Assembly: GCA_964528155.1 (NCBI GenBank)
Contig: CAZGRL010000009.1
Location: 12,035-76,034 of the forward strand
DNA from: an uncultured Anaerolineaceae bacterium
GTDB taxonomy: Bacteria; Chloroflexota; Anaerolineae; Anaerolineales; E44-bin32
Length of the DNA stretch: 64,000 nt
Direction of reading: 5' to 3'
Part shown: positions 9,279 through 19,700 of the stretch, in pieces
Layout of the letters: each line of letters opens with the position of its first letter
Position numbering within the stretch: the first letter of the stretch is position 1
Made by a program: the position numbers and the translations under genes
The notes under the pieces: generated by a model
What the model saw: only the letters and a program-made list of their open reading frames with translations
Databases searched by the model: none
What the model was told of the DNA's origin: nothing

Positions 9279-9461
9279 AAGGCACGCCCAGCTCCGGGAT
9301 GACGCCGTCCTGCCGGACGAAAGCCCCATTTGCTTTAGGGACGGACATTGAGACAATAGGGGCGCGCGACAACAAGGGAGAATCGAGGGGGATACGTAGG
9401 TTGCAGGACCGACGATAACCCGGTGATCATCCGGGGCGGACAGGCCAGGAGTCAGACGGCG

Positions 9462-9833
9462 ATGCCTTCAGTCTGGATTGTCGATGACGACGACGAGATG
9501 ATCCACGCCGTTGGGCTGATGCTCAAGTTGCTCGATTGTTCCGTGGAATCATATCGATCAGCCCGCTTTGCCGTGGAGGCATTGCGAACCGGCAAACGGC
9601 CGGACGCGTTCCTCCTGGATATCAATATGCCCGAGGTCAGCGGGATCGATCTTCTCGAATACCTGCGTCGGGAAGAGGGCTTCAAGGAAATACCCGTCGT
9701 GATGCTCTCTTCTGAGACGACCGATGTCCAGGTTGACGAGGCGATGGCGTTGGGTGCGAATGGCTACGTGTTCAAGCCCGTGTCCATCGACGAACTCGAA
9801 GAAGCCCTGAAGAAGATCTTGCCCCGGCCTTGA
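9462..9833 (+). CDS. Stand-alone response regulator receiver domain (CheY-like)
   Basis: VWIVDDDDEM, then DAFLLDINMPEVSG (phospho-acceptor Asp context), then VVMLSS and GANGYVFKP. AGGAG lies 9 nt upstream of the ATG at 9462. No output domain is present. Confidence 0.8.
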   Translation: MPSVWIVDDDDEMIHAVGLMLKLLDCSVESYRSARFAVEALRTGKRPDAFLLDINMPEVSGIDLLEYLRREEGFKEIPVVMLSSETTDVQVDEAMALGANGYVFKPVSIDELEEALKKILPRP

Positions 9834-9879
9834 CTCCATCGTAAGGTGTAGGTCCCCACAACCCTGACGGTTCAGCCGC

Positions 9880-11568
9880 TCATCCGGACTTGGCACCGGG
9901 CGGATCGGGTGGCTCGATCAGGATTCCCAGGCGGGCTGCAGCCTCACACAGACGACGCCAATCTCTCTCGGCCACCGCGGCGCTCCGCGGCCCGAGCTCC
10001 TGGCGCAGGAAGCGAGCCGTAGATCGGTTGGCGCGCAGTTCTTCGAGCAAAGCCGGGTGGGCGACGTTGAAAACGAGCATTCGCTCCAATCGGGCCTGTG
10101 TGCCCTCTGTCGACCATCGCTCCAATGCCATAGTGAGGGATTTCGGGAGGGGCGATCCCGCCGCATCTTCAAGGATCGTGCGGACGTGATTCGGTTGCAG
10201 GCCTTGAGCGGCGGACAGGGCCAGCCCGTCCGGGGTAAGGCGATAGCGATAGCCATCCGCATCGCGCGACTCCCAGGCGCAAATCCGGGCGATCTGGTAG
10301 CGCAGTGCCGGGGGACAGTAACGCGGTACGGAGATGAGGCCATCCGGCCGGACTCGCGTGTGCGGTCCGAGCCCGCTTCCCTTGACAGAGTCGGCCGCTT
10401 CGTGCCCAGACGAAGGGTCGAAGCCTTGGGTCAGGCGGAAGGCGATCGCCGGGCCATCACGCCCGGAAAGCCCAAGGTCGACCATCCCCAACCAGTGCAA
10501 TGGGCCGCTGATCACACCGTGGATCAACGCTCCCTCGACCGCGTGCCAATGGCCGAGCCCGCGAACGAAGCTACCAGTCCGCGTGTCTTGCAGATACCAA
10601 GAATCGAAGTCTCCCGCCGGTCTTTGAAAGGCAGGCTTTGCGTCATGGACTGCCTGGATGAGATCGCTCAGGTCCCACCATTCACCGACTGTCAATCCGC
10701 CAAGTAATTCCAGGATCGCCCGGCGCGAGACAAGTGAGTCGTTTGGCCATTCACCCCCGGCCGATCGCAAGTGCGGCACTTGAGCCAGATCGTTCCATGT
10801 CTCCGACTCCCGCCATGATTCTCGCACGCGCGCCAGAATCTCCGGACGCGGGCAATCAAGCAGGGCTCGCACCGCCTCCGGGTCCGGCGTCAGCCTGTCT
10901 TGGGAAAGTACGCGTTCATCGATCAGACACGCCACGAGAAGACTGGCGGAGCGCGGCTGATACAGGAACGGCTGGAAGGTTTGCAGGCGATCGGAGGTGA
11001 GACCACTGGCGGTTGCCGGCTGCCGTCGAAGTGCGGCCAACAACGTGACCAGGTCGTCGACTGCGAAGTCTGTGGCGGGGTGCACCTCGGCCGGTCGCGC
11101 CACGGGATGCACGGAGAGTGCTTCGGACACGTTGCGAGGTGCCGGCATCAAAGCGGCAAGATCTCGAGGGATGTATCCGAATTCTTGCGGTCCGGTTGGT
11201 GTATCGAAGAAGGAGCGCCCTATGAGACCTCGATACCACAGCGCTTCGATCGATGATGTCTCGTTACGCCAGGGCTGCTCGCGATCGCGTCGACCAGGCC
11301 CCATCTGACGCAGCGGTCCGAACTTGCGCGTCAGATCCGCCAGAGGCAGGCGACCTTGATTGCGCAAGAGCATCCCCAGCGCATCCCGGGCGGAAGCCGG
11401 CAGGCTGTCGACGACCTCAGCCAGAAGTGCGTCGTCAAGCATCGCTCGGGCCAAACCGTCGGCAGCCTCTGCTGCCGATCCGCCAGACAGGTCAAGGCCC
11501 CACAGCTCGGCGATGATGCGCAACTGACCGAAATCCTGATCACGAAGAGTGATAGCCAGAGTCTGCAT
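9880..11568 (-). CDS. Conserved hypothetical protein (562 aa), function unknown
   Basis: Long ORF with coding-like composition. All overlapping alternative-frame ORFs are Arg/Pro-rich junk. I cannot assign a catalytic motif. Confidence 0.6.
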   Translation of the reverse strand: MQTLAITLRDQDFGQLRIIAELWGLDLSGGSAAEAADGLARAMLDDALLAEVVDSLPASARDALGMLLRNQGRLPLADLTRKFGPLRQMGPGRRDREQPWRNETSSIEALWYRGLIGRSFFDTPTGPQEFGYIPRDLAALMPAPRNVSEALSVHPVARPAEVHPATDFAVDDLVTLLAALRRQPATASGLTSDRLQTFQPFLYQPRSASLLVACLIDERVLSQDRLTPDPEAVRALLDCPRPEILARVRESWRESETWNDLAQVPHLRSAGGEWPNDSLVSRRAILELLGGLTVGEWWDLSDLIQAVHDAKPAFQRPAGDFDSWYLQDTRTGSFVRGLGHWHAVEGALIHGVISGPLHWLGMVDLGLSGRDGPAIAFRLTQGFDPSSGHEAADSVKGSGLGPHTRVRPDGLISVPRYCPPALRYQIARICAWESRDADGYRYRLTPDGLALSAAQGLQPNHVRTILEDAAGSPLPKSLTMALERWSTEGTQARLERMLVFNVAHPALLEELRANRSTARFLRQELGPRSAAVAERDWRRLCEAAARLGILIEPPDPPGAKSG

Positions 11569-11639
11569 TGAGCCTACGGGATGGAATCCGTCATGAGCGA
11601 GCGGACGAAGATCGGCAGCAACGGTCCTTGCCGTAGCCC

Positions 11640-12551
11640 CTAGACGATCACCTGGAGGGCGCCCGGCAGGATTTCAACCTCGACCTCTCGGACCTGGGAA
11701 GTGAGCCCGGCGAACATTTCGCCATCGGTGTGGATCGGGAGGGGCGCTTCGGATGTGAGCTGCATCCGTCGAAAGTGGCCCAGTCGAACCGGTTTGAAGC
11801 GCCCGTGGGTGCCTTTCATCACTTCGGGGATCAAACGAAACATCATCGGGCGCGAGACCCGCTTGATCATGGCATAGTGCAGCAAACCGTCGTTCATCTT
11901 TGCGTCGGGGGCGACAAGAAACCCGCCTCCCTCACGCGGTCCATTGCACAACGAGAGCATGAGGACGTCCTCGTCGATCGTCTCCTCGTCCGTGACAATG
12001 TGCATTCGTGGCGCGTTGTGGTTGCGCATGATCGTCTGAATGACGGCCCACAAATACATGCTGAAGCCCTGCAGGCGTGTGATCTGGTATGAGTAATAGG
12101 TGACCGTTGCGTCGAAGCCGATCCCCAGGGTGTTGTCCCAGTACTCCACTCGGCCATCCGAGTCGGTCAGTTTTCCAATGTCGATCGGTTTCGACTCTCC
12201 GGTGAAGACGCGTTGCATGGCGATTTCAGGTTCGGTCAGGATGCCGACGTTGGAGCAGAAGTCATTCCCCGATCCAATCGGGACGGCCGCCAGTCTGGGC
12301 CTGCGTGAGGCTGGCACGCGCATGAGACCGTTGATGACTTCATGAACCGTCCCGTCGCCTCCGAGGGCGGCGACGATATCGAACCTGTGCCGCGCCGCAT
12401 CTTCGGCGAGCTCGGTGGCGTGGTCCGGATACTCGGTAGGAGCCCAATCTACGCCGCCGTGCTGGGTGATGACGGACTGCAACGACGAAGCGATGTCCCA
12501 TGCGCGCCCTCGATCGGCGTGGGCGTTGAAGATCAGTCGGATTCGCGTCAT
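11640..12551 (-). CDS. Diacylglycerol kinase family lipid kinase (YegS/BmrU-like)
   Basis: LIFNAHA start, the ALGGDGTVHEV nucleotide-binding motif, and PIGSGNDF. Confidence 0.8.
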   Translation of the reverse strand: MTRIRLIFNAHADRGRAWDIASSLQSVITQHGGVDWAPTEYPDHATELAEDAARHRFDIVAALGGDGTVHEVINGLMRVPASRRPRLAAVPIGSGNDFCSNVGILTEPEIAMQRVFTGESKPIDIGKLTDSDGRVEYWDNTLGIGFDATVTYYSYQITRLQGFSMYLWAVIQTIMRNHNAPRMHIVTDEETIDEDVLMLSLCNGPREGGGFLVAPDAKMNDGLLHYAMIKRVSRPMMFRLIPEVMKGTHGRFKPVRLGHFRRMQLTSEAPLPIHTDGEMFAGLTSQVREVEVEILPGALQVIV

Positions 12552-12832
12552 GCTGGGACCTCCGGGAAGTGCCGTTCGGCGGGAGGCACAGGCCCCTCAG
12601 CTTCTGTTGATATTCGACGTTCCCCGGCGCCAGGGGTGGGTTGGCGCGCGGGTTTCAAGAGCGAAGGGGGAAAGCTCCCCCAGTTCTTGGGGTGAATCCA
12701 CCTCAGGGCTCGGAGCGACACGAGACGCGGCGGAAAGTCCATGCGTCGACTGAGCCGATGACTCGCGCAGTCGACGACCATGGCGGACGTGGCTGCATCG
12801 CGGTCCCATGAAACTCACCCAACTTGGTGCGG

Positions 12833-12951
12833 TTATCCAATTATAGTCAAAATGCGCGGGGGATAACCTGTGGATAAATGACGCGCAAGTTAGTACCTTT
12901 TTTAAGCGTGCCGCGCTTGACTTGAGACTTGGAGATGGATAAAGTGGATGC
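12833..12951. promoter_or_regulatory. AT-rich cluster of DnaA-box-like 9-mers
   Basis: One perfect box, TGTGGATAA (12869-12877, reverse complement of TTATCCACA). Near-matches are TTATCCAAT (12833-12841), GGGGGATAA (12858-12866), GATGGATAA (12934-12942) and, more weakly, AGTGGATGC (12943-12951). Confidence 0.4.
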
Positions 12952-13179
12952 AATAGAGCCTCAGGCCACCAAAGGACTGCATGGCCCGCGTAGGCCGTGG
13001 CTACCTCCGGCCAACCTGCCCGAACTCCCGCCCGGGAGTTGCTCGGGAAAAGAATGCGCCGACCGGCTGGAGTGACGCCCTTCCGTACGGTGTGGCGACG
13101 CGGAGCCCTTCCGGCAAGAGCGGCAGTGCCGGCCGTCCTGCGGATGACAGGAGGCTCTCTCCTCATTCATAGGAGATTC

Positions 13180-13209
13180 AATGTGACCGGTCCGAGCCCC
13201 GGTCACATT
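13180..13209. terminator. Perfect 11-bp hairpin (AATGTGACCGG / CCGGTCACATT), candidate bidirectional terminator
   Basis: Stem at 13180-13190 and 13199-13209 with an 8-nt loop, followed by TTTGATTCTGAT on the + strand. It lies about 90 bp downstream of the minus-strand MFS gene. Confidence 0.5.
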
Positions 13210-13295
13210 TGATTCTGATACCTTTGAAGTCTGGCTACGTTCGAAGAGTCGACTCGTTCCCGGGGGCTCGATCCATCTCGCGCCGGCGCGTCCGT

Positions 13296-14606
13296 TCAGT
13301 CAGCCGGCGCGATTTCGAGTTCCGCTTCTACTTCGGGAGAGACCCTCTTCGGCAGCACAAGTCTGAACCAGGCAGGGATGATCGCCAGACTGCCCAGGGC
13401 GACCGTGAACAGGAAAGGCGCCTTCGGTCCGAATATCTTCCACAATTGTCCGCCGATCCAGGGAGAAGGCAGGGCGACGATGCCGGTGCTCGTCGTGATG
13501 AGCGCATAGGCAATGCCGCGCAGGTGCTGAGGTACCCCCTTGGAAATCAACGACTGGATCGGCGGATCCATCAGCGCCACCGAGATGGCCAGCATCGTCC
13601 AGGAAAGGCTGAACCCCCAGAAACCTGAAACGAAGGCGAAGGTCAGGCGCGAGCAAAGCACCATCACCATTCCGGCGACCACGCCGACCCTGTCGCTGGT
13701 CTTGTCGGCGAACCATCCGGCGGGGTAGGCGAAGGCGACAAGCACGACACCGAACAACCCGTCCAACAGCCCGATCTGCTGCATGGTGAGACCGCCGACA
13801 TCGCTCAAGTAGACCGGCATCAGGTCGAAAGACAGTTTGAGGGCGATGTCGCGCACCCCATCGGTGATCAGGAGCCAGGTCATCAGCCCGCCGGAGAAGA
13901 CCAGGGCTGTCATCTTCAGTAGAGAGCTGCGCATGGAGGCCAGTGTAGGTGCGGGATGTTCTGCGCGCCGGGTCGAGGTGCGACTCAGGTGATCGAGCAC
14001 CAGGAATACGTCCGCGGCCAAGGCGAAGAGCAACGCCGCGCCGACGAACATGAATGGGAAACCAAGTTGTTGCGCCAGGAACCCCCCGATGGGCGCCCCG
14101 ACGATCCAGGCGACGTTCACCGCCGTCTCAGAGAGTCCGAAAACACGGCCGCGGTAATCCTCGCTCGTATAGTCAGCAACGAACGCGCTGTACGAGGGCC
14201 AGTTCAATGAGACGGAGACTGCAAGAAACCCCGCGCCGATCAGAGCTGCCGGCCACGTCCTGGCCAGAGCGTAGGCCGCATACGACAGAACGCCGGCTGC
14301 GCTGCCAAGGGCGAGGGCGCGCAGACGCCCCAGGGCATCTGACAGCCAGCCTCCCATGATCCCGAGAATCAGTACCAGGAGACCCGACAGAGTGAAAAAC
14401 AGACCGATCTGTCCGACATCTGCTCCGAGCGAGAGCAGGTATACAGGGATCTGAATCGCCGTCATCGTCCTGGCGGTCTCGGCAAGCGCCATCGCCAGCA
14501 GGAATACGCCGAGGCGTCTGGAGAGGAATGGTGGCAGGCTGATGTTGCTCATGCGGGCGGCGGATCCCCCTCGCGATTTTTGGCTCGAGGTGTAATCCAA
14601 GGACAA
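13296..14606 (-). CDS. MFS transporter
   Basis: About 12 hydrophobic segments and an MFS-like loop (GWLSDALGRLRA). The start could instead be the internal ATG at 14552. Confidence 0.8.
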   Translation of the reverse strand: MSLDYTSSQKSRGGSAARMSNISLPPFLSRRLGVFLLAMALAETARTMTAIQIPVYLLSLGADVGQIGLFFTLSGLLVLILGIMGGWLSDALGRLRALALGSAAGVLSYAAYALARTWPAALIGAGFLAVSVSLNWPSYSAFVADYTSEDYRGRVFGLSETAVNVAWIVGAPIGGFLAQQLGFPFMFVGAALLFALAADVFLVLDHLSRTSTRRAEHPAPTLASMRSSLLKMTALVFSGGLMTWLLITDGVRDIALKLSFDLMPVYLSDVGGLTMQQIGLLDGLFGVVLVAFAYPAGWFADKTSDRVGVVAGMVMVLCSRLTFAFVSGFWGFSLSWTMLAISVALMDPPIQSLISKGVPQHLRGIAYALITTSTGIVALPSPWIGGQLWKIFGPKAPFLFTVALGSLAIIPAWFRLVLPKRVSPEVEAELEIAPAD

Positions 14607-14817
14607 AGACCGCTGGGCGACGCGAAGCTCGCCCAGCCGGCCGAGGTAGAACCGGGACCTATTGTGCCACTTTCAAGACGTGGATGCAACTACCTTCCGG
14701 TGATTCAGTCAGGGGATCCTCGGCGGGAAACCGGGCAAACGGCGCATCCCCGCGGCCCGAAGATCTGGGCGGACCAGGATTGAGATAGCTCACACATTCA
14801 TTGCGGCGTGCGGAAAT

Positions 14818-15444
14818 TCAGCCGGTCTTTGTCGCCGGATCGACAATTCCATTGATGTCGTTGATCGCCTGTTCTGTGCTTTCGAACCGGACCGCGTGCA
14901 TGCCGACAAATCGTGCTGCATCGATGTTCTCCTGCATGTCGTCGAGGAAAACGGCTTCTCCGGGTGAGATCCCGAGCTCGGCAAGCGCGAGATGGTAGAT
15001 GCGCGGATCGGGCTTGGCCAGACCGACTTCGGCCGAGACGACAATAGCGTCGAAAACATCGGCGATTTGCCACTCCGACTCGAGGGCTGTTCGCAGACTC
15101 GTCCAGGCGTTGGACAACAACGCGATCTTCAGCCCCGGCCGCAATCCCCGGAAGTAGTCAATCAGCCTGTCGTCGACGCCATCGCCTGCCCAGAAATCGG
15201 ACTCCAGCACCGCGCGATCGCCAGGCGTCAAACCGAGACGATCAATGACCCACGTCCAGACTTCTTCGGGTTGGATTTGCCCCAGCGCGGCTTTCTCGCC
15301 GGCCTCGCCCCAGAAGACAAGCCGTTCGAGGGCGTGCGGCGCCATGCCCAGCTGCCTCTCCCAGCGCGCCCGTGGTTGGTGATCATGTGTCCGCACGATC
15401 ACTCCCCCGAGATCGGAGATCACGGCCCGGATGGTCATCAGCAT
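14818..15444 (-). CDS. HAD-IA family hydrolase
   Basis: Motif I VISDLGGVIV, motif II LLSN, and motif IV FLDDMQENI. Confidence 0.8.
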   Translation of the reverse strand: MLMTIRAVISDLGGVIVRTHDHQPRARWERQLGMAPHALERLVFWGEAGEKAALGQIQPEEVWTWVIDRLGLTPGDRAVLESDFWAGDGVDDRLIDYFRGLRPGLKIALLSNAWTSLRTALESEWQIADVFDAIVVSAEVGLAKPDPRIYHLALAELGISPGEAVFLDDMQENIDAARFVGMHAVRFESTEQAINDINGIVDPATKTG

Positions 15445-15584
15445 CCGCCAGGATCAGGCGCGATGTCTTGATTCACAGTTCTCATGATCTTTCGTTTCTG
15501 CCCTAAGCTGCCGCGAAGCCGGTCGGTGGGTGCTGCGCGATGCTGAACGTCGACAATGTAGGTGAGTACGTCGTGCGACACGTG

Positions 15585-16616
15585 TCATTCAACGTCGACT
15601 GCGTTGAGAAAATCCGCCAGAAGTCCATAGGCAGTCGTACGCGGGCCGGGGTTCTCTTCGGTGATCGTCAATGGGCCGAGTGTGTCGCTGTAAAACGTGA
15701 TCGATGAGGATGTGCCGGTTACATTGTAGAGCGGGTCCAGTGGACCGATCTGCCCCGGTTTCACGTATGCTGCCACGCGTTCACCTTCGCGAGAACCGCC
15801 ACAAATCAACCGCCAGCGCTTTCCGGCGCGCCCAGCTTTGTTGATTCTCTCCGATGTCAAATCCTCGATTCCCTTGCGATCGATTTCGTCAGGTTTGATC
15901 GGATGGTCCATGAGCACGGTAACCAACGCGGCGACTTTCACCGCTGCGTCCCATCCGAGAATGTCTCCGCGCGGATCGGTCTCGGCGATACCGATCGATT
16001 GACAATGTCTGACGGCATCGTCGAAGCCCATCTCCCCTTCCATCAGGGTCAAGATCATATTGGTCGTGGAATTGAGGATGCCTCGGAATGACTTCAATCT
16101 GCAGCCCGGGAGAGTCTCGCGCCACATTGAGAAGACAGGAGCGCCGTCCATCACGGTTGATTCGAAAAGGAATCGGCGTCCGTGTTGCCTCGCCACCCGT
16201 GTCAGCGGTCGATACGCGTGGACAACCGGTCCTTTGTTGGCGGTGACCACGTGCATTCCCGCCTCAAGCGCGGCCTGAATGTGCGCGACGGCCGGTTGCC
16301 CGGCCTTGTAGTCAACCGGGGTGTTCTCGAACAGGACGTCGGCCTCGCACGCCCGGACGAAGTCGACGCCAGTCCCTTTCACCGGCGCCGGTGACAGTCG
16401 ATCGAGTCTTTCACCTTTTTCGGCGAGGTCGAGTGCCTCTTGCAGATCCAGCCCGGCCGGGTCGATGGCTGATCCGTGCGAGCCCGTGGCGATCCCGCGC
16501 ACCAGCCACTCGAGATCGTAGCGCTGGCGAAGCTCGTCTCGCTTCTCGAGGAGCAAACTGCCGAGCGCACGCCCGACGTTCCCGAATCCCATGAGGGCAA
16601 GGTTGACTGATTGCAT
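15585..16616 (-). CDS. Homoserine dehydrogenase family protein (no ACT domain)
   Basis: N-terminal Rossmann motif LALMGFGNVGRA, VVTANKGP, and FESTVMDGAPVF (matching the xEAxVxGGIP region). At 343 aa it lacks a C-terminal regulatory domain. Confidence 0.65.
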   Translation of the reverse strand: MQSVNLALMGFGNVGRALGSLLLEKRDELRQRYDLEWLVRGIATGSHGSAIDPAGLDLQEALDLAEKGERLDRLSPAPVKGTGVDFVRACEADVLFENTPVDYKAGQPAVAHIQAALEAGMHVVTANKGPVVHAYRPLTRVARQHGRRFLFESTVMDGAPVFSMWRETLPGCRLKSFRGILNSTTNMILTLMEGEMGFDDAVRHCQSIGIAETDPRGDILGWDAAVKVAALVTVLMDHPIKPDEIDRKGIEDLTSERINKAGRAGKRWRLICGGSREGERVAAYVKPGQIGPLDPLYNVTGTSSSITFYSDTLGPLTITEENPGPRTTAYGLLADFLNAVDVE

Positions 16617-16700
16617 CGAAGCTCCGAGACTCCGCGCCCGATCACTCTGCGCGAGTCTAATAGAGGCTGTGCATCGCTGTTCGCTTGGGCCGTATCGAGG

Positions 16701-19700
16701 CTACTGGCAGCCCGGGAGAGTGAACTTCATCAGACGGCCGGTGGCACTGTCCGTGACCCAGGTGCCGCAGGCGTTGTCCATGGCGATTCCGACCGGGAGG
16801 CTGAACTGGGTGTCTTCCTGACCGAATTCTCCCCACCCGTAAAGGAAATCGCCCTCTCCACTGAAGCATAAGACGCGATAGGACTCGGGGTCGGTCGTGC
16901 AGATCTGCCCTAGTGGACCGGCGCTGATATAAGGCTTGTTCTCCAGGGACTGGCCGAACCAGCCGTCAATCTGCCACTCGAGGATCGCGCCGAAGTGAGC
17001 GGGCGAGGTTTCATCGAACACCTGAATGCGCTGATTCCATGTGTCATCGACGTACAGACGCCCGTCCGTGTCGATCGCCAGGCCGACCGGCTCATCCAGT
17101 TCGCCCTGGCCGACCCCGCCCGAGCCGATTTCTCCCAGCGGATTGCCTTGGGAATCGAACACGACGATACGCTTGTTGCCGGTATCCGACACGAAGATCC
17201 GGCCGGAGGCGTCTATGGCGACCGCCCTTGGTCCCCAGAAAGCATCCGGGCTGTCGGCCTGGCCGAAATGCCCGAACATACCCAGGAATTCGCCGTCGGG
17301 GCTGAAGTGTTGGATGCGGTGGTTCCATGTGTCGGCGACGTACACCGTGCCGTCCGGTGCCACGGCGACATCCCAGGGTTCGTTGAAGGTCCCACCGGGA
17401 GCCTCCCCGGTCGAGAGGTCGGCGAAGCTCCCCCAGACGGAGATCACCTCACCCGAGCTGCTCAAATGCTGGATACGGTGATTGCTCGTATCGGCGACGA
17501 ACAAGCTGCCATCGGGTGCGACCGCCAGGCCACGCGGATGAGAAAACTGCCCGGGCTCCGTACCCGCCTGCCCGACGATCTGGTCGGCTTCGAGGGTGAT
17601 CATTTGCGATGCGTATGGATCTTCGAAAGTGACCGGTTCAAGTGCGGTCGGGGCAATGCCGTATTGCCAGATCGTCGCCGCGACATCCTTGCGGATGTAC
17701 AACCGCATCTTCTCCGATGGGTCCCAATCACGTAGAGCGAAGCCGTGGCCGACCATGTCACCAAAGGCGGTGTAATCACGATTGAACCACATGTCCCATA
17801 GTGCGGCGCGGTAGCCGGGGGATGAGATAGCGCCCCAGATACGGTCCCACGTCAGGCCGAAGTAATCCTGCATCGGCCACCATAGTCGTGTGTATTCAAG
17901 CATGTAATAGCGATCGCGCAGGATGGGCTCGACCTTGGCCCAGTTGCCCGCGCCGGCGACGACCAGCGGATAATTCTGCAGATCGTGTCCGGGAGTCTCA
18001 GCGAAGTAATGGGCGTTGGGGTAATCGCGCAGATACCACCAGTACGGGTACAGTGTCTCGTTGTCGTAGCCGATGTCGACGCCCAGATCGCCGGTGATGC
18101 GCCGCGAGAGCTCTTCGATTTCCTGCAGCGCCAGCTTCGGTCCGGGGGCACCGTGCGCGTAAACGAGGAACTCTTTGGCGTTGTCGTAGTTGACGTAGGA
18201 TGCCCGAAAGCTAGTCCGGACGGTGACAAGGAAGAGCACGCCCAGAACGACGATCCCGACAAGGCTGGTGAGCTGACCGATCTTCCACTGTCTTCCCAGC
18301 AGATACACGGCGACACAGGCACCGATGCCGACAGCCGCTGATGTGAGGAATCCGGTGGTCGCTTCGAGTTGATCAAGTTCCGATCCCTGGAACGCGGGAG
18401 GCGTTCCCAGGAGGTAGCCGATGGCGCGTGCGAGTCCCACCAGGGCTAGAAAGCCAAACAGCGCCAACAAAGCTCCGCGTTCCGAGCGGAATTGGCTCCA
18501 GTGGATCGAGTCGAGCGTTCGCCCGAAGGCCCAGCCTGCCAGCAGGATGAGGGGCAGGGCGATGTGGACGGTGAGCCAGGGCATGCGCTCGCCGGCGTAG
18601 GAGTAGGCCGCGATGGACAGCAAAGCCCAGTATCCCAGATAGACGATCACCAACGTGGGTGAGATCCCTTCATCCTGCTCAACCTCATCGCGGGGTGGGG
18701 ACACCTTTGCCTCGGATGGAGGAATTGCGAGAGCCTTGAGACCTACCCAGCCGGCCATTAGTGATCCGATCGCCGGAAGGAACTCGTAAAACGGGATCTG
18801 GATAAGGACGTAGTAGTACAGCGGTTGGCTTCCGCGTTGCACGCCCTGCTGGACAAGCCAATAGCCCAACGAGGCGACCAGCCCGGTGAAGAAACCGAAC
18901 GGGTATGTAAACATACTGGTGTACAAGGGGATGAAGATCGCCAGGAACACTCCCGCGGCTACTGTCCACCGTCGCCAATCCCACGCCACGCCGAGAGCGA
19001 CGGCGATCACAGACAGCCCGACGACCACCGAGACGGTGCGTGACAAGATCGCGGGGTCGTCGTAGGTCAGTGGGTTCCATCCCAGGGCCTGGGCTGGCAG
19101 TGCGCCCAATTGCGGTAGTGTCACGGTGAGCGTGATGACCAGAACGTCCAGAGAAGGGAACTCGGTCCGCAGCTTCCGGCCGAAATTCATAAACAAGGCA
19201 GTGAAGATCAGAAGGAGCCCGGCGGCGGCCAGCACGACCCCCAGACCGATCAATGGCGACGGTCCGACGTCGGGCGCTTCCCCGGCGGTCGTCCGCTGGC
19301 TGAGGAAGCTCAAGGTTGCCACGCTACCGCCGACGGCTGCGGCGATGACTCCGGCGATGAACCAGATCCGGTGCATGGCCTGGTTCCAGGGTTTCCTCAG
19401 CGCTTTGTACGCGAAGATCCCGGCGAAGAAGATCAGGATCTGAGCGACGTAGATGAAGGCGGTTTCCTTCGTGGCGTACTGCAATCCCAGGGAGGCCGCC
19501 AGGATGTATAACCACTTGGCCCGCCGCGTCTCAAGATAGCGGAATGCGGCCCACACCATAAGCATGGCTTCGACGACGACGAAGGCTTCGTTGCGGGCGT
19601 AGCGCGAGTAGTACAGCATGAAGGGCGAGATGAGCATCAACGTGGCGGCCACCCAGGTCGCCGTCCGGCCCAGCCATCGTCGGAAGAGCCACACCATCGC

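Noticed and set aside
12552-13295. RNase P RNA, tmRNA or SRP RNA in the long intergenic region, prompted by GGAAAGTCC at 12733-12741 and CCGGAAGG on the minus strand.
   Set aside because: The other universally conserved blocks are absent. For RNase P these are GGTAACGCC, AGGGTGAAA..GGTGCGGTAAGAGCGCACC and ACAGAACCCGGCTTA. For tmRNA they are the tRNA-like ends and a tag ORF. For SRP it is GTCAGGTCCGGAAGGAAGCAGC.
14650-14676. A sigma54 promoter upstream of the MFS gene (TGGCAC on the minus strand).
   Set aside because: The -12 element, at the required 10-nt offset, reads GTCC rather than TTGC. Only the -24 half matches.
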